Of a stretch of 64,000 nt of DNA, positions 11,080 through 22,799 are shown one piece after another. The number at the start of each line of letters is the position of its first letter. The stretch's first letter is position 1. The stretch is from positions 124,001 through 188,000 of the forward strand of contig CDROCS010001542.1 of assembly GCA_977020255.1 (NCBI GenBank). The letters are read 5' to 3'. A model generated the notes under the pieces. That model searched no databases. It saw only the letters and a list, made by a program, of their open reading frames with translations, and had not been told where the DNA came from. This DNA comes from Obrimoposthia wandeli (taxonomy: Eukaryota). Position numbers and translations under genes: made by a program.

Positions 11080-11480
11080 TTTTCTATTTCTCGAACGAGT
11101 AACGGTTTGAATTCCGTATCTGGTCTATTCTGTTTGATATAAACCATCGCTTCTTCTGGTGTATGACCATGGTACTCTACCAACAAGGATACACCTATAA
11201 TTGGAGCTAACATTGTACCTTTTTTCTGATATATCAGAACGCCGTTTCTTCTGTGACTTCGGCTTGGATGGTTTGAGTCAACTTCATCAGGTGTTGTTGT
11301 GCATCGTTTATCTCTCGATTGGAAGCATGTATGTATCGAGTTGTGTCATCTTCAGTATTTTGACACAGACTGATTATCTCATTTCCGACTTCAACAATAT
11401 TAATTACTCGGTTGATACTGTGGAACTTTAATCCAGCAGTATCTATATCTCCTGGATGACATAGAAATACTTTTGGCATT
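11080..11480 (-). pseudogene. Second, catalytically dead DSP-fold domain
   Basis: KITQIMPKVFLC...INRVINIV...(frameshift)GVLIYQKKGTMLAPIIGVSLL...TPEEAMVYIKQNRP parallels DSP1 but has YQKKGTML in place of HCQKGISR. Confidence 0.65.
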
Positions 11481-11599
11481 ATCTGCGTAATTTTGTCGAC
11501 TCCGGCTAAGAATAAACCGGTCAACAATAGTGCTTGGATGAAATTCTTTTCCTTTGGATCCTCAGGGATGTCGTCCATCCGTCTCTGTTCTTGCAACAG

Positions 11600-12010
11600 G
11601 AGTTGGTAATTTGACAATTGTCCCAAAAAATTAAGGTTTGGGTTCGCAATACTTCTTCTTTCCTGCAGGTATTTCAGCGCTTCTAGTACCTGCATTCGTC
11701 TAGTCTTTATTAGATACGCCAATACTAGGGTTGCTGATCGGGAGATTCCTTTCTGACAATGTACCAACACTTTTCCTTGGTTTTGGAGTTCTCTGTGAAG
11801 TATCTCGTTTGTTTCTACGAACCATTCGAGAAGATTAGCCTCCATTGAGGTTTTTACTCTTGATGTCATAGCTCTGATCGTCTGATATTGCGATTTGTGA
11901 TTCATTGTAACATTAATCACGTATGTTATCCTTTGTTCCAACAGTTTCTTTTCGTCTGTTGCGTCTTCCACATTTCCGAGGTATAACTTACCTGGAATGA
12001 TCTCACTCAT
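11600..12010 (-). CDS. Dual-specificity protein phosphatase domain (VH1/MKP-like), active-site motif intact
   Basis: SEIIPGKLYLGN...VLVHCQKGISRSATLVLAYL...EALKYLQERRSIANPNLNFLGQL; HCxxGxSRS at 11735-11761. Confidence 0.93.
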
Positions 12011-12370
12011 TGGTGGCATTAATTCTGACTCTTCAAGTTTTAGTCTTTCTAATCTCTTCTCTATTTGTTCGTCGATGATGGATAATTTCGCCAGTTTCTT
12101 TCCTCTCAGCATTCGTATTGCTGGAGAGATATTCATCTTTGTCTCTGATGTCTGTTCCTTTGTTGGTTCCTCTTCCGACACGGTCTCTTCTGCGGATTTA
12201 ATTCGTCTTTCTTGTATATTTTGTTTCACGAATTCTATGTTTTGTCTTTTTCTACTCTCTTTAGCGAATTCAACCTCCATGGTTCTTCCGAATCGTTCTA
12301 TTATGTTATCTTCGGATTCTGTTGATTCTGGATCGCTACTTCCAGGTTCGCTGTCTTGACTAGACTCGCT

Positions 12371-14734
12371 CTAAGGGTATTCTGGTATGTCTGTCTGAAC
12401 TGAAATTAATGAAGGGGTTAGAATAATTGAATTGACTGGTCCTGCGTATCTGTGAATCGGATACGGTATTACACTATCTTTAAGTATCTCAACTTGGAAC
12501 TGTGCTCCATAGCACATGACAATTGTTTCCAATTTACCCATGATGGACAATACATCAAAATAGGTGACATTCAGCTTAGATATCGGTGTTTTCGCATAAT
12601 TAATTAAATTGACTCGTATCTCGGTTGATGACGGCCATCGATTTTTTAGTAAAATTATAATTTCGTCGTTTATCGATGTAATCACACTTGGCGCGAATGA
12701 TACTATTTCGGCATGATATTTTGGTTGGATTGAGGTTGTCACTTGTTCTCGGATCATATTGATTCTTTGTGGTTTATTTTTAGCTTCCCACTTCCGGTAT
12801 CCGCTGTCAATGCGTAACTCTGCCGTTGCTTTAATGATTTTATTGTTTGTTACTTCCGGTTGGGTTGGCGAATGAAATCCTTCTATTACGCTCAACCTTA
12901 CAGATACTTCCGTTTGATCTGTGTTTAATTGGTGAGATTCCGGTATACTACATACAATGGTCTTTCCGTCAAAGAATTTGGTGTCCATCTGACAGATTAT
13001 CTTTTCAGTGTCAGCGTCAATTAAATGAACTCTCATGATATCTCTTTGCCCATGTGAATTACGTAATACCATTATCACATCGTGGTATTCTTGTTTGAGT
13101 CTTTTTGGTGTACCATGAAGTATGTGACCACCGGCCGGTTCTTTTTCTTCCTGACTGGCTAGTCCTGCTTCAGTACTGTCATAGTTCTGCCATGCAACTA
13201 TGTTTGGTGTCAATGTGATTTCGATTATCACTTTCTCAGTCGTAAATACATTGGAGTTTTGATGTAGTTCTGCGACTAATGTATTTCCGTCGTAGTATGA
13301 CACTCTAAGTTCGCACAGAAATTCGTTTGTTAGTGCATCTTTCACAATAACTTCTTTCGCCACATCTGTTGGTTGTGTTCTTTCGAAAACAACTATTATC
13401 TCTTCGTCTTCTTCTAATATCTCTTGTGGTGCGATGTGTCGGATTACTTCTTTTTCCTCTTGGTGTTTCATTCTGAGCATACCAATTCTCGCTGGTTTTT
13501 TCTTGCTACCACTTGTCATCATATTTATGTAGTTTCGATCACTTACCATTCGTGTCAGTTTAATGGTATTGGTATTCGGCTTCAACTTCTGTGATCTTAA
13601 CTCATATCGTGACGCGTTATCTTTATTTGGTACTAATTTACATCGATTTGCATGTACAATCATCGGTTCCTTGTTCCGATTCTCTTCGTTGATTACTTTC
13701 AAATTTGTTGAGGTTGTCTGGATCACCTTGTATCGTCCTTTGTATGGTCTATGAAGTTTAAACGATAGACCTGGTTCGATGACTGGATAAAATATAATCA
13801 CTTGATCTCCGACTCTAAATTCATGTGGTTTTGCCTTTTTGTCATATTGTTCCTTGTAACCTTCTTGATTGAATTTCAGTTTCAATCCTGCTTTAGTCCA
13901 AGCATCTTGCAATCTTTCTTTCATAACGACAATGTATTGTTCAGTTTCTAGATACTGAGATGTTGGTTCGGTCCACTCCAGATCCATTGGCATATTGTTC
14001 TGTCTGAGATACATCAGATAGAATGGTGTGTGACCCGTCGCCTCTCGAACTGAATTCCTGTAAGCATATAAACATGAAGGTAAATATTTATCCCAATCCT
14101 CTTGCTTGTCTGAGCAATAGGATTGTACCATCATACATAAAGTTTTATTAAACCTTTCTACTAGACCATCGGTTTGTGGGTGATATGGTGAAGTTTGTAA
14201 CTTCATGATTCCGAATATCTTCGATACTGCTTTTATTACTTCTCCGGTGAAGTTCTTACCTTGATCCGTTAACAACTTTCTAGGCACTCCGTATCGAAAT
14301 ATTATCTCTTCCACTAAGATCTGCGCTATTGTTTCAGCCTTCTGGTTTTGCATGGGATATGCTTCTACCCATCTCGTCATGTAGTCCGTAAATACTATGA
14401 TGTACTTGTTTCCTTTACTTGATTCTCTCAATGGTCCCAATATATATATCGCTGTGAATTCCATTGGTGCCAAGGGAACTGGCATTGGTTTCAGTAGAAC
14501 TTTAGTACGAGTTCCAGTGTCTTTTCTGGTTAAACATACTCTACATTGTTTACACCATTGTTTTATGTCGTCTTCCATACCATCCCAATGGTACTTCTCT
14601 TTGATTCTGGCTATTGTCTTTCGTCCTGACAGATGTCCTCCTAGTGTTCCATCGTGGTACTGGATCATCACTGCTGTTTTCAATGACTTCGGAATTACTA
14701 CCACTATCTTTCCGACATTGTTAACAATATACAA
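12371..14734 (-). pseudogene. pol: Integrase (HHCC, D-D35-E, GPY-like) plus long C-terminal extension
   Basis: H..GGH..GRKT...CKQC; catalytic D1 mutated to Y (AIYILGP, codon 14444-14446); LTDQGKNF; GLVERFNKTL; PYKGRY. Confidence 0.93.
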
Positions 14735-14755
14735 GATTCCTTCTTTTATCGAGTA

Positions 14756-16230
14756 TTATTTCGTCATTTCATCGTTTAGATCTCCTTTCACCAACAGTTC
14801 TTTGATTAGACTCAGTTCTTCATCTTCTTTCTGTTCTTTGATGATCTCTTTGTCTATTTTACCCGTCTTCAGCAAAATCGTTAATAGATTTGCTTCTCCT
14901 TTTTGGTCGTTGGTTTCATCTTGTTCTTCTTCTGGAATTATGTTTCCTTTCTCGTCTACATTTGTCAACCTCGACAAACAATCTGCGTTGCCATTCGACT
15001 TTCCGGTTCTATAACGGATTTCTAGGTCAAATTCGGCCAATTTTAGAAACCATCTGTTTAATCTACTCATCTCATCTCTATGTTTATACAAGAACTGTAG
15101 TGGTTTGTGATCTGTATATAGGAATACTTTTTGTCCTAGCAAGTAGTGTCTGTACTGTCTACATGAATACACTATGGCTAGACATTCCTTTTCAATAACA
15201 GAGTATCCTCTTTCGGCTCTGTTTAATCCTCTACTCGCATACGCGATGACGTGTTCTCTTCCTTCATCATCCTCTTGTCCCAATACTGCTCCTACAGCAT
15301 AGTTACTTGCATCTGTCATTAGTATGAATTGTCGGTTTATATCTGGAAACGCTAATATTGGTGCTTTTATCAGTCTTTCTTTTAAATGTTCGAACGCTTG
15401 TTGTGCTTCTTCTTCCCATATGAACTTCTCATCTTTCCTCGTCAACTTTCTCAACGGTGTTGCTATATCTGAAAAATGTTCTACAAATCGTCTATAATAG
15501 TTCGCAAGACCTAAAAAACTATGTATTTCCTTAACAGTCTTTGGCGCTAAATGCGCTTTTACTTTGTCGATCTTTGCTGGATCAGGTCGGATGCCTTCTT
15601 TCGATACTATATGTCCTAAATATGTTACTCGCTCTTTGGCCCATTCGCATTTTGTAGGTTTAACTTTTAATTTAGCGTTTTCCAGTCTTTTAAATACAAC
15701 TTCAAGATTTTTTAAATGTTCTTCGAACGTTTTAGAGAATATTATTATGTCATCGATATAAACCATCGTGTTTGCACACGATGCGAGTACAAAATTCATG
15801 CAACGCTGAAATGTTGCTGGAGCTCCTGTCAGTCCGAATGGCATTTTTTCGCATTCGTACAGTCCATCTCCGCAGGAAAAGGCTGTTTTGTGTTTGTCCT
15901 CTTCCTCTATCTCGATTTGCCAGTATCCACTCTGCAAATCCATTGTCGTAAAATAATCTGAATTACCTAATTTATCGAGCATCTCTTCGATTCTAGGTAA
16001 TGGATACACATCTTTTCTTGTGATCTTGTTCAGTTCTCTGAAATCTATACAAAATCCTTCTTTTTTACCAACACCACAGGTGCTGAGAATGGTGAAAAAC
16101 TCGGTCTAATTACTCCTGTTTTAGACATATCTTCAATCTGACTTTTTACTTCATCTTGTAACTGTAATGGTACTCGATATGGTCTTCTTCTGACTACTTT
16201 GTCTTCTGTCAGCGGTATTGTGTGTTTTAT
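14756..16230 (-). pseudogene. pol: Reverse transcriptase and RNase H (Ty3/Gypsy)
   Basis: RRPYRVP...SPFSAPVVLVKKKD / FCIDFRELN (small deletion between them), DLQSGYWQI, MPFGL, YIDD (15749-15760), TDASNYAVGAVL, EKECLAIV, TDHKPL. Confidence 0.96.
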
Positions 16231-16699
16231 TACAGGTGTTTCTCCTATGTCATACGGATTTTTTGCAATTACTTTTGGAAATTTATGTATTAGATCGAGT
16301 AATTGTTTCTTTTCTCTGGTTGTCAGTCTTTCTGATTGGATTACTATTTCTTCGTAATCATTCGTATCTTTATCGAGTTTCATAGCACACACGGTGGAAT
16401 TATCCATCTGTGCTATCTTTCCCAACCTCATTCCTCTGTATAACAGGATGTCGTTGTTGGTTGTGTTCATCAGCCTAACTGGTATTTTGTGGTTTTCAAT
16501 CAGACATACTGTACTCACAACTGGTAATTCGTATTTCTCTATGAAATCCCGTGATGGTTCGAACACAACTGGTCCTTTATCTTCTGATAATGTGTGACCT
16601 TGAATGAGAAATTGTGATCTTTTACCGATTTTTATAGGATTTTCTATAATTACATCAATTTGGTTTATTTGTCTATTTGATGTACTATCTTTCTATCTT

Positions 16700-17030
16700 G
16701 GATCTTGTAAATCGATACTTATCCCTTTGAGTTGTGATAGTACATCCATTCCTAAAATTGTAGGTTCAGGACATTCTTTCATGATTCTAACTGGTATAGT
16801 GATCGTATTACGTCCAATTATAGATGTACATGGTAATATTCCCGTCACTTTTACAGGGTCTCCATTGACCGATACTAAGAATTCATCTGGTTCTGCCATT
16901 GTTCGTTTCTGTTCCTCTGTCAAACAATCTTCACTTACTATCGAAGCTACACCACCTGTATCAATTAAGGCTTTTACTCTTAAATTATTTACTCTAATGA
17001 TAGCTGCTGGTCGCTGTGCTCCATTTATAT
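16700..17030 (-). pseudogene. Retropepsin-type aspartic protease domain 2 (canonical position before RT)
   Basis: RVKALIDTGGVASIVS (D codon at 16962)...SVNGDPVKVTG...ILGMDVL. Confidence 0.88.
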
Positions 17031-17139
17031 TTCCCATGTGGTATATTGTATTTATCGAATTATTAAACTCTGTCGGTCCACTTCCTTTGTTTGGATAGTG
17101 AAATCTAATATTTCTCACTTGTCGATCTATTATCCTTCT

Positions 17140-18100
17140 ACAAATCGGACATGATACCATTTCCTTCGCACATCTCCGACATGTTCTTACATGTCCGCAT
17201 GGTAAAAAGGCAACTTATATTTTGTTGACCATGCAGACTGCGCATTCCGGATCTTCCAGTACGTATTCTAGTTCGTTTATGTACTCTTTCTCTTTTGTTT
17301 CAATTGTACTGTCATCTTTATCTCTCAATAATTCAAAAATTAATCCGTATCCGTTTCGCATAGTTTTTATTTTTAATTCTACCAAATCTCTGATTTTTTC
17401 TGCTTCCTACGGATATAGTCTTCTCACGAATGACACTACCGGTGTGTCTTGTTGATCCAAAATATCTTTCCGTGTGATTTGGTATTCGATTACACATTCG
17501 GTTTTCTGTTCTTTTTGCTTTATTTTGTTTTTAAAAATACAAAATTCATGATGTAAAGTTTTCTTAGGTAACTCAAGAGTATATCTGTCGATAATTCGTT
17601 CTTTTTTACACTTGTGGCATTTAATTACGTATTTACCATCCTTTTTTATAGCAAAAAGTCCCTTTTTTGCCAATTTTTTAAGTCTTGGGTCTTCGAAAGT
17701 TACTTCTCGATATTGTTCGTCACATTCGTTCACTTCTCGCATAACTTCGAATATGTCTTCAATTCGGCTATTTGTTATTACTCTACCTGTTATTAGAGCT
17801 GATTCTCCTTTTGGAATCCCGTCACTGTAATCGAAATCGGGTGCTTTTCCCGTTTGGATTTCTGGTACGTTTGAAGTTTTCAGTTTCAAAAGAAATGGAC
17901 AATTTGGTGCATCTCTTTTATGACGTCTCATTGGGTTTTCATTCTTCTCCCACTTTCTAAAATTTACTCTTCACCATACGCATCGTACTACTTCCTCATG
18001 ACCATAACTACTTGTCGCGTTTAACATTTCTAAACCTGATCTTGCCATTTTACGTGCCATTCCTTTTGAATAGTACAGTTCTAGTGATCTTCGTCTATTT
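17140..18100 (-). pseudogene. Inhibitor-of-apoptosis module: BIR1 (17890-18100), degenerate BIR2 (17535-17715), C3HC4 RING (17140-17244)
   Basis: Repaired BIR1 RCVW[C]KSKFRKWEKNENPMRRHKRDAPNCPFL fits C-x2-C-x16-H-x6-C exactly (TGA at the 2nd Cys, +1 T); BIR2 REVTF..KLAKKGLF..CHKC..HHEFC; RING CAVCMVNKI*VAFLPCGHVRTCRRCAKEMVSCPICR is IAP-type. Confidence 0.88.
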
Positions 18101-18339
18101 TTCTCGATTCTCAAGGGATCTTTTTCTGACAGATTCACATATGTTATTTTCCTCCTCGTCGTAGCTTGTGGTCCGGAGTTTACATCTTTGTAGTGAAGAA
18201 TCGACTTTACTAGCGCTTCCTGTTTCCTATCTTGGTACGGATTTCCCATACGGAACATAGTGTATTTTTCCTTTTCGACTATAGGTCCTCTCAACATTTT
18301 TAACTCTCTCGCTGAACTGTCGTTCTTAAAACTCTTGTT

Positions 18340-18660
18340 GTTTGGTAATATAATTATTCCTTCAAACATCCGTATTACATCCATCCCAATCATGACTGGA
18401 CTACCACAATCTGTGAATATTCTAGCATTTAACTGCAATGCTCTTCCATCGATATTTAACGAACATTTCAGTGTTCCTTCTGACACTACATCTGTACCAT
18501 TCACGTTAACAAATGTCTGTTTTCTAGGACATACTTCTCTTAATTCTTTTGATGACAAGATTTCTTTACTCAGTACTGATACTGCAGATCCAGTATCGAC
18601 TTCGGCAAGATATTCTCTTCTGTTCAGTGTTACTGCTACTTGTGGTGGAGCATTTGGATT
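18340..18660 (-). pseudogene. Retropepsin-type aspartic protease domain 1 (extra copy)
   Basis: EYLAEVDTGSAVSVLS (D codon at 18597)...NVNGTDVVSEG...VMIGMDVI. Confidence 0.87.
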
Positions 18661-18984
18661 CTCATTGGATATCCTAGACTTTAGAATTCTTCTGGAATTA
18701 TCTTTTTTGTCTTTTTCCTCTGCTTGTGGGATCTCACTGTAGTTCACTTTAGGCCATCTTATCATTAAAATGCCTCTCTTGAACTTTTCCTTCTCTTCCT
18801 TTAGTTCCTTCATTGGATATAGGTTTAGCGCCACTTCTTCCTTGTCTGGTAACGGAATCTTTGGTTTTCCTGGTATCTTTGCATATTCTCCTGGGTTATC
18901 ATTATCGTCGTCGTTGTCGTCTCGATAGTTTCTTGGTTCTCGCATCATGGTTCTCGTTTGATGTTGCTTCTTCTTGAGGGCTCG

Positions 18985-20866
18985 CTACTCGTTCTCGTGA
19001 TGATGGTGCATTAGATATTTTGCTAAAAATGGAAAACATCCAATTATAAGTTGCCAGGTGATTCCGGTTATCCTGTATAAACTATACGTAGACAACACCT
19101 GGGCTATAATTACCTGCACAAATTTAATTATAACATAAATACCTATGATACCCGAAAATAATTGTCCTAAAACAAGGAATTTCCCCCACATCTTTCTAAG
19201 TGTCTGATGTGCTGCTTCCTTGAAATGACTTGGCGATAATAACATATCAAAATTCGCATATCTAGCTCCTGGCGGTAATGCTCGATGTACCATCTCCGTA
19301 AGTACTCTGGCCCTTTTTACTGGAAACATTATTTCGTTCCAGGCCGCTTTTAAGTCTTTTTCATTGTACAAACCTGCGTTCTCCATATTTTCTACCGCTT
19401 CGAATTTCATTTTTCCTTTAAGATTCGTCATTTTTATCATCTCTGGAGTTTTCGTTGGCTTTCGGTCAGGTAGCGTTATTCAAAGATCATTCGTCATCTG
19501 ATATTCAGGTGCCATTATATTAGAGCAGCTGATTTCTTTAGTTGGAGTGTCTTTTGGAAGTATCATTCTCGTGATTGGTTCAACAAAGAGTTATTTTAAA
19601 TTATGCGTTACTGCCAATTCACTCGTACATCGGTTTGTTGTTCTCAACTGTACTTCTACTTTATTACACTTGTAAGTATACAATACTTCTCCCATGGTTT
19701 TAGCAAATACTCCTTCATCTAAGGGTAATAATGGTGCTACCATGTCTGGATTTGTAATAGCTAATGCTAACTTTGTTCTTACGATCTCTTTGTTTAGCTG
19801 GCAATCTCTCTCAATCATCATCCGATATAACTGTTCCATTTGCATCAATCCTTTATGATAATAAAAATAAATTTTATTATTAAAATACGTATGTAGCTGC
19901 ATATCTCTAGGTTTTAGCTTGGTTTCTGCCAATGCTATTAATTCTCTGGACAAAACTATTCCAGGATAGTTTGTAGTACTAACAGTCATTCCGCATAGCG
20001 CTTTATTTCTCTTTTTAATAAATATCAATCCTTCTTCTGTTGATGTTGCCATTAACAGTGTAGGTGTCGCCGTCATAGGAATTGATCTTGTTTCATTTTG
20101 AAATCCTTCTCCAACTTTATTATACAGGAACCCTTCTCCATCTTTATTATACAGGAACCCTTTTATTTTATTAAAGCTAATTTCTTTCAAAAATACTAAA
20201 GAGAATTGTTTCGGATTCACGTGATACACAATTGTGGATTCGCCTGTAAAACAAGATGCATCTGTCATTCTACATTCCGGATACTTCATCATTCGTTGTG
20301 TCTTTTTATCAAAATTGGCGGTCCATGTTTGTAATTCGATTTTATAAGTTACGTCCATTACTAACTCTGTTACTTTGGTACCACGCACGTTTTTTTGTTC
20401 CTCCGTCACAAGATCCATCAGGCCATCGTTGTCCTACTCTCGTGACTGTTTCGTATCGTCTCACCCCAACTTTTACATCAGGTTTGTAATTCTTGTCTAT
20501 TTATATTGTTCCTGTTCGAAATGCGTCTTCGCAATCTCTCGGAAAAACCTCATGTGGTTTGTACGGTGTGGTAGGTGTGATTTCCGACATAAAACTTCTA
20601 TGGCCACAATAGAATTCGTGATAACTTGAATGGACTGAACATTCTTTCACTTCTACTTGTATTTTATCAACATCCTGATACACAAAGTAGTTTTCAATAC
20701 CTTTAACTTCTAATTTTGACGGTTGTGATTCTGGACAGTCTTCGCTGTCAAGCAGTGAATACTTTTGTCCCATCTTTGGTATGCTACAGTCGTATGCTAT
20801 CAACCCTGATGCCTGTTGCATTCCCATAAACATTACTAGCATCATCATCATCATCGTTGTGGACAT
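18985..20866 (-). pseudogene. env: Env-like glycoprotein resembling chuvirus/Jingchuvirales (class III) fusion proteins
   Basis: Internal signal MSTTMMMMMLVMFMGMQQASG then LIAYDC (20786-20803), DGSCDG, DCQLNKEI..TKLALA..NPD, MGEVLYTYKC..VEV..R.T..C..EL.V, and C-terminal WGKFLVLGQLFSGIIGIYVIIK..TM; these match remembered chuviral G motifs. Confidence 0.8.
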
Positions 20867-20964
20867 ATTTGGTTGATTGTTTCTTTCTTTCGGACGGTAT
20901 TGTTTATTTTCCCTTTGACGATTCTCGTGACATTGCTCGTCATCGTCTTCGTTCATTTCCACAA

Positions 20965-21360
20965 TGGTTTTAGCGTAGTCACTTAATTTTGCCCAACCTC
21001 CGTTTTCGTCAATTCGTCTCTGCAATACATTCTCGATCAAATACATCGCTTCATTTATTCCTTGTTTGACTTCGTGAGGTTGGCTCGTTCGTTCCGTCAA
21101 TTTGAAACATAGATATGTGATCGCTGTAATTAACTTTTTATTTGTAGTCTGGTTTCCACATAATCTCGCTAAAACTTCACCATCGTAAAATCTATCTATT
21201 GATGCATGGTATACATGATTCGCAGTCATTCTCTTCACTGCAGACATTTGTGATCTGACTGCTTTAGTCAAATTGTCTGTTATATCGGTTGTTTCATCTT
21301 TGTACATTTTGAACAACTTCGGCTTCACTTGCCTGAGAATTCCCGATAGTATATCTTTAC
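20965..21360 (-). CDS. Bcl-2-like helical domain inside the Gag-Env ORF
   Basis: ILRQVKPKLFKMYKDETTDITDNL (BH3/alpha2-3-like), VLARLCGNQTTNKKLITAITY (divergent BH1), LQRRIDENGGWAKL (BH2-like; ENGGW at 20993-21007). Confidence 0.65.
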
Positions 21361-21511
21361 TACTTGGAGCTTCCGAATTCATATCACCTCTGATATCTTC
21401 ATTTCGCTCCGTACTATACTGCTCTAATGACGCTGCTAACTGCCCAATGCTTAGGTGTCTCTCCTCATCAGTCTGAGGTGTAGTTAGAACATTTCGTAAT
21501 ATACTTCCGTC

Positions 21512-21539
21512 CTTTCTAGGTCTTCCAGGTCCTCTTCGA
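21512..21539 (-). other. AT-hook-like motif RRGPGRPRK
   Basis: GRP core flanked by basic residues in ORF 20501-24163. Confidence 0.6.
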
Positions 21540-22044
21540 AAATACTGATACTCAGTTTGATTCTCTCCTGGATCATATGGTTCACCATTATACTGTATCT
21601 CTTGACTTGGTCCTTCTTCATGGCCAATCTCTTCGTTTTGTCGCATCATCTGCTCTGCTTGTCTATCTCTGTATGCAGCATGCCAAATTGGTGAATCCAA
21701 ATCTACAATCTCGGAGATTTCGTCTTCTCCTACTAGTTGGGTTACGTTTTCGTTTTGTCTCACTTGGTTAGCTATATCCGTGACTTCATCTTGTCTGGTT
21801 TGAATTATCTCTGGTTCTGGTGGTACTTCGACCACCGGAGTCGTCAACTCATTTTCTAGTTCCACGTCTTGTAATTCAGCTACGTACGGTTCTGGTGTGG
21901 ATGTCTTGTTCCAAGCTTCAGCTACATCATTATCTCCACTTTCGCTTGAACTGTCTAAAATTTCTATAGGCGTTTTTATCATTTCCAACGCAGAGTTTAA
22001 TATCTCAGTTAATCCTTCATTATCTACTAACTCTTGACGTTCTA

Positions 22045-22270
22045 CAGTAATGACATCAATTTTTTCCTCTAATTCATTTCCTATAGGATATCCGCACTCG
22101 ACTGGTACGTCTTCGTCATCTAGTGATCTTCCTTTATAATGGAATAACATATTCATTCCGTCTATTTCAAGTTTCTCGGCCAACTTTTTCCGAATAGTTT
22201 TCATTGTTTGGTATACGTTAAGTTTTTCATGTATGATCTGTCCGAAAATTAATCGAATCGAAATTTTCAT
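22045..22270 (-). CDS. SUMO/ubiquitin-like domain inside the Gag ORF
   Basis: MKISIRLIFGQ...TMKTIRKKLAEKLEIDGMNMLFHYKGRSLDDEDVPVECG...IDVIT resembles SUMO/Ubl beta-grasp (F.F.G..L.D.DTP...IDV); no C-terminal GG. Confidence 0.6.
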
Positions 22271-22799
22271 CGTTCCTTTTTGGTTTGATCTCTGTATGTA
22301 ACGACCATATCCCTTCAATAATCCTCGTGATACTTCTTTGTAACCCAAGTTATCATGACTATGTTTAACCAATTCTGCTTGCACTTCTTCCAATCTATGC
22401 ACTTTAATTGTTTGCAATTTGGCCAAAACTTCTGGAGCTTCACTCGTTTCATCTAACGGTTGATTCAACGTCTTCTTAGCTTCACTAATTATTTTTTTCA
22501 CATTTTCCATACTCGTAGCATTTCTTGCGACTTCTATGTGATCAGTCATAGGTTGTGCGTTACACGTTTTCTCTATTGGTGTCTCATACGCTTCTAGTAT
22601 TCGGTTCATTAAATCATTCATCTCTTCTCTCGAATGTAGACTTTTTTCGTGTTTCGACAACGTAGATGAATTCGCCATCTTTGTGTGTGGGGAATCTTTA
22701 ATTATTCCCAACATTCGTTCAAATTTACTATCACTATCTTCAAAATCTATTTCGCGTCGAAGCTCGGTCTCGCGATTCCTATCGCTGTCATCGTTTACG

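Noticed and set aside
16400-16690. dUTPase between protease 2 and RT
   Set aside because: IPVRLMN...LYRGMRLG is the common Gypsy PR-RT spacer; dUTPase catalytic motifs are not visible.
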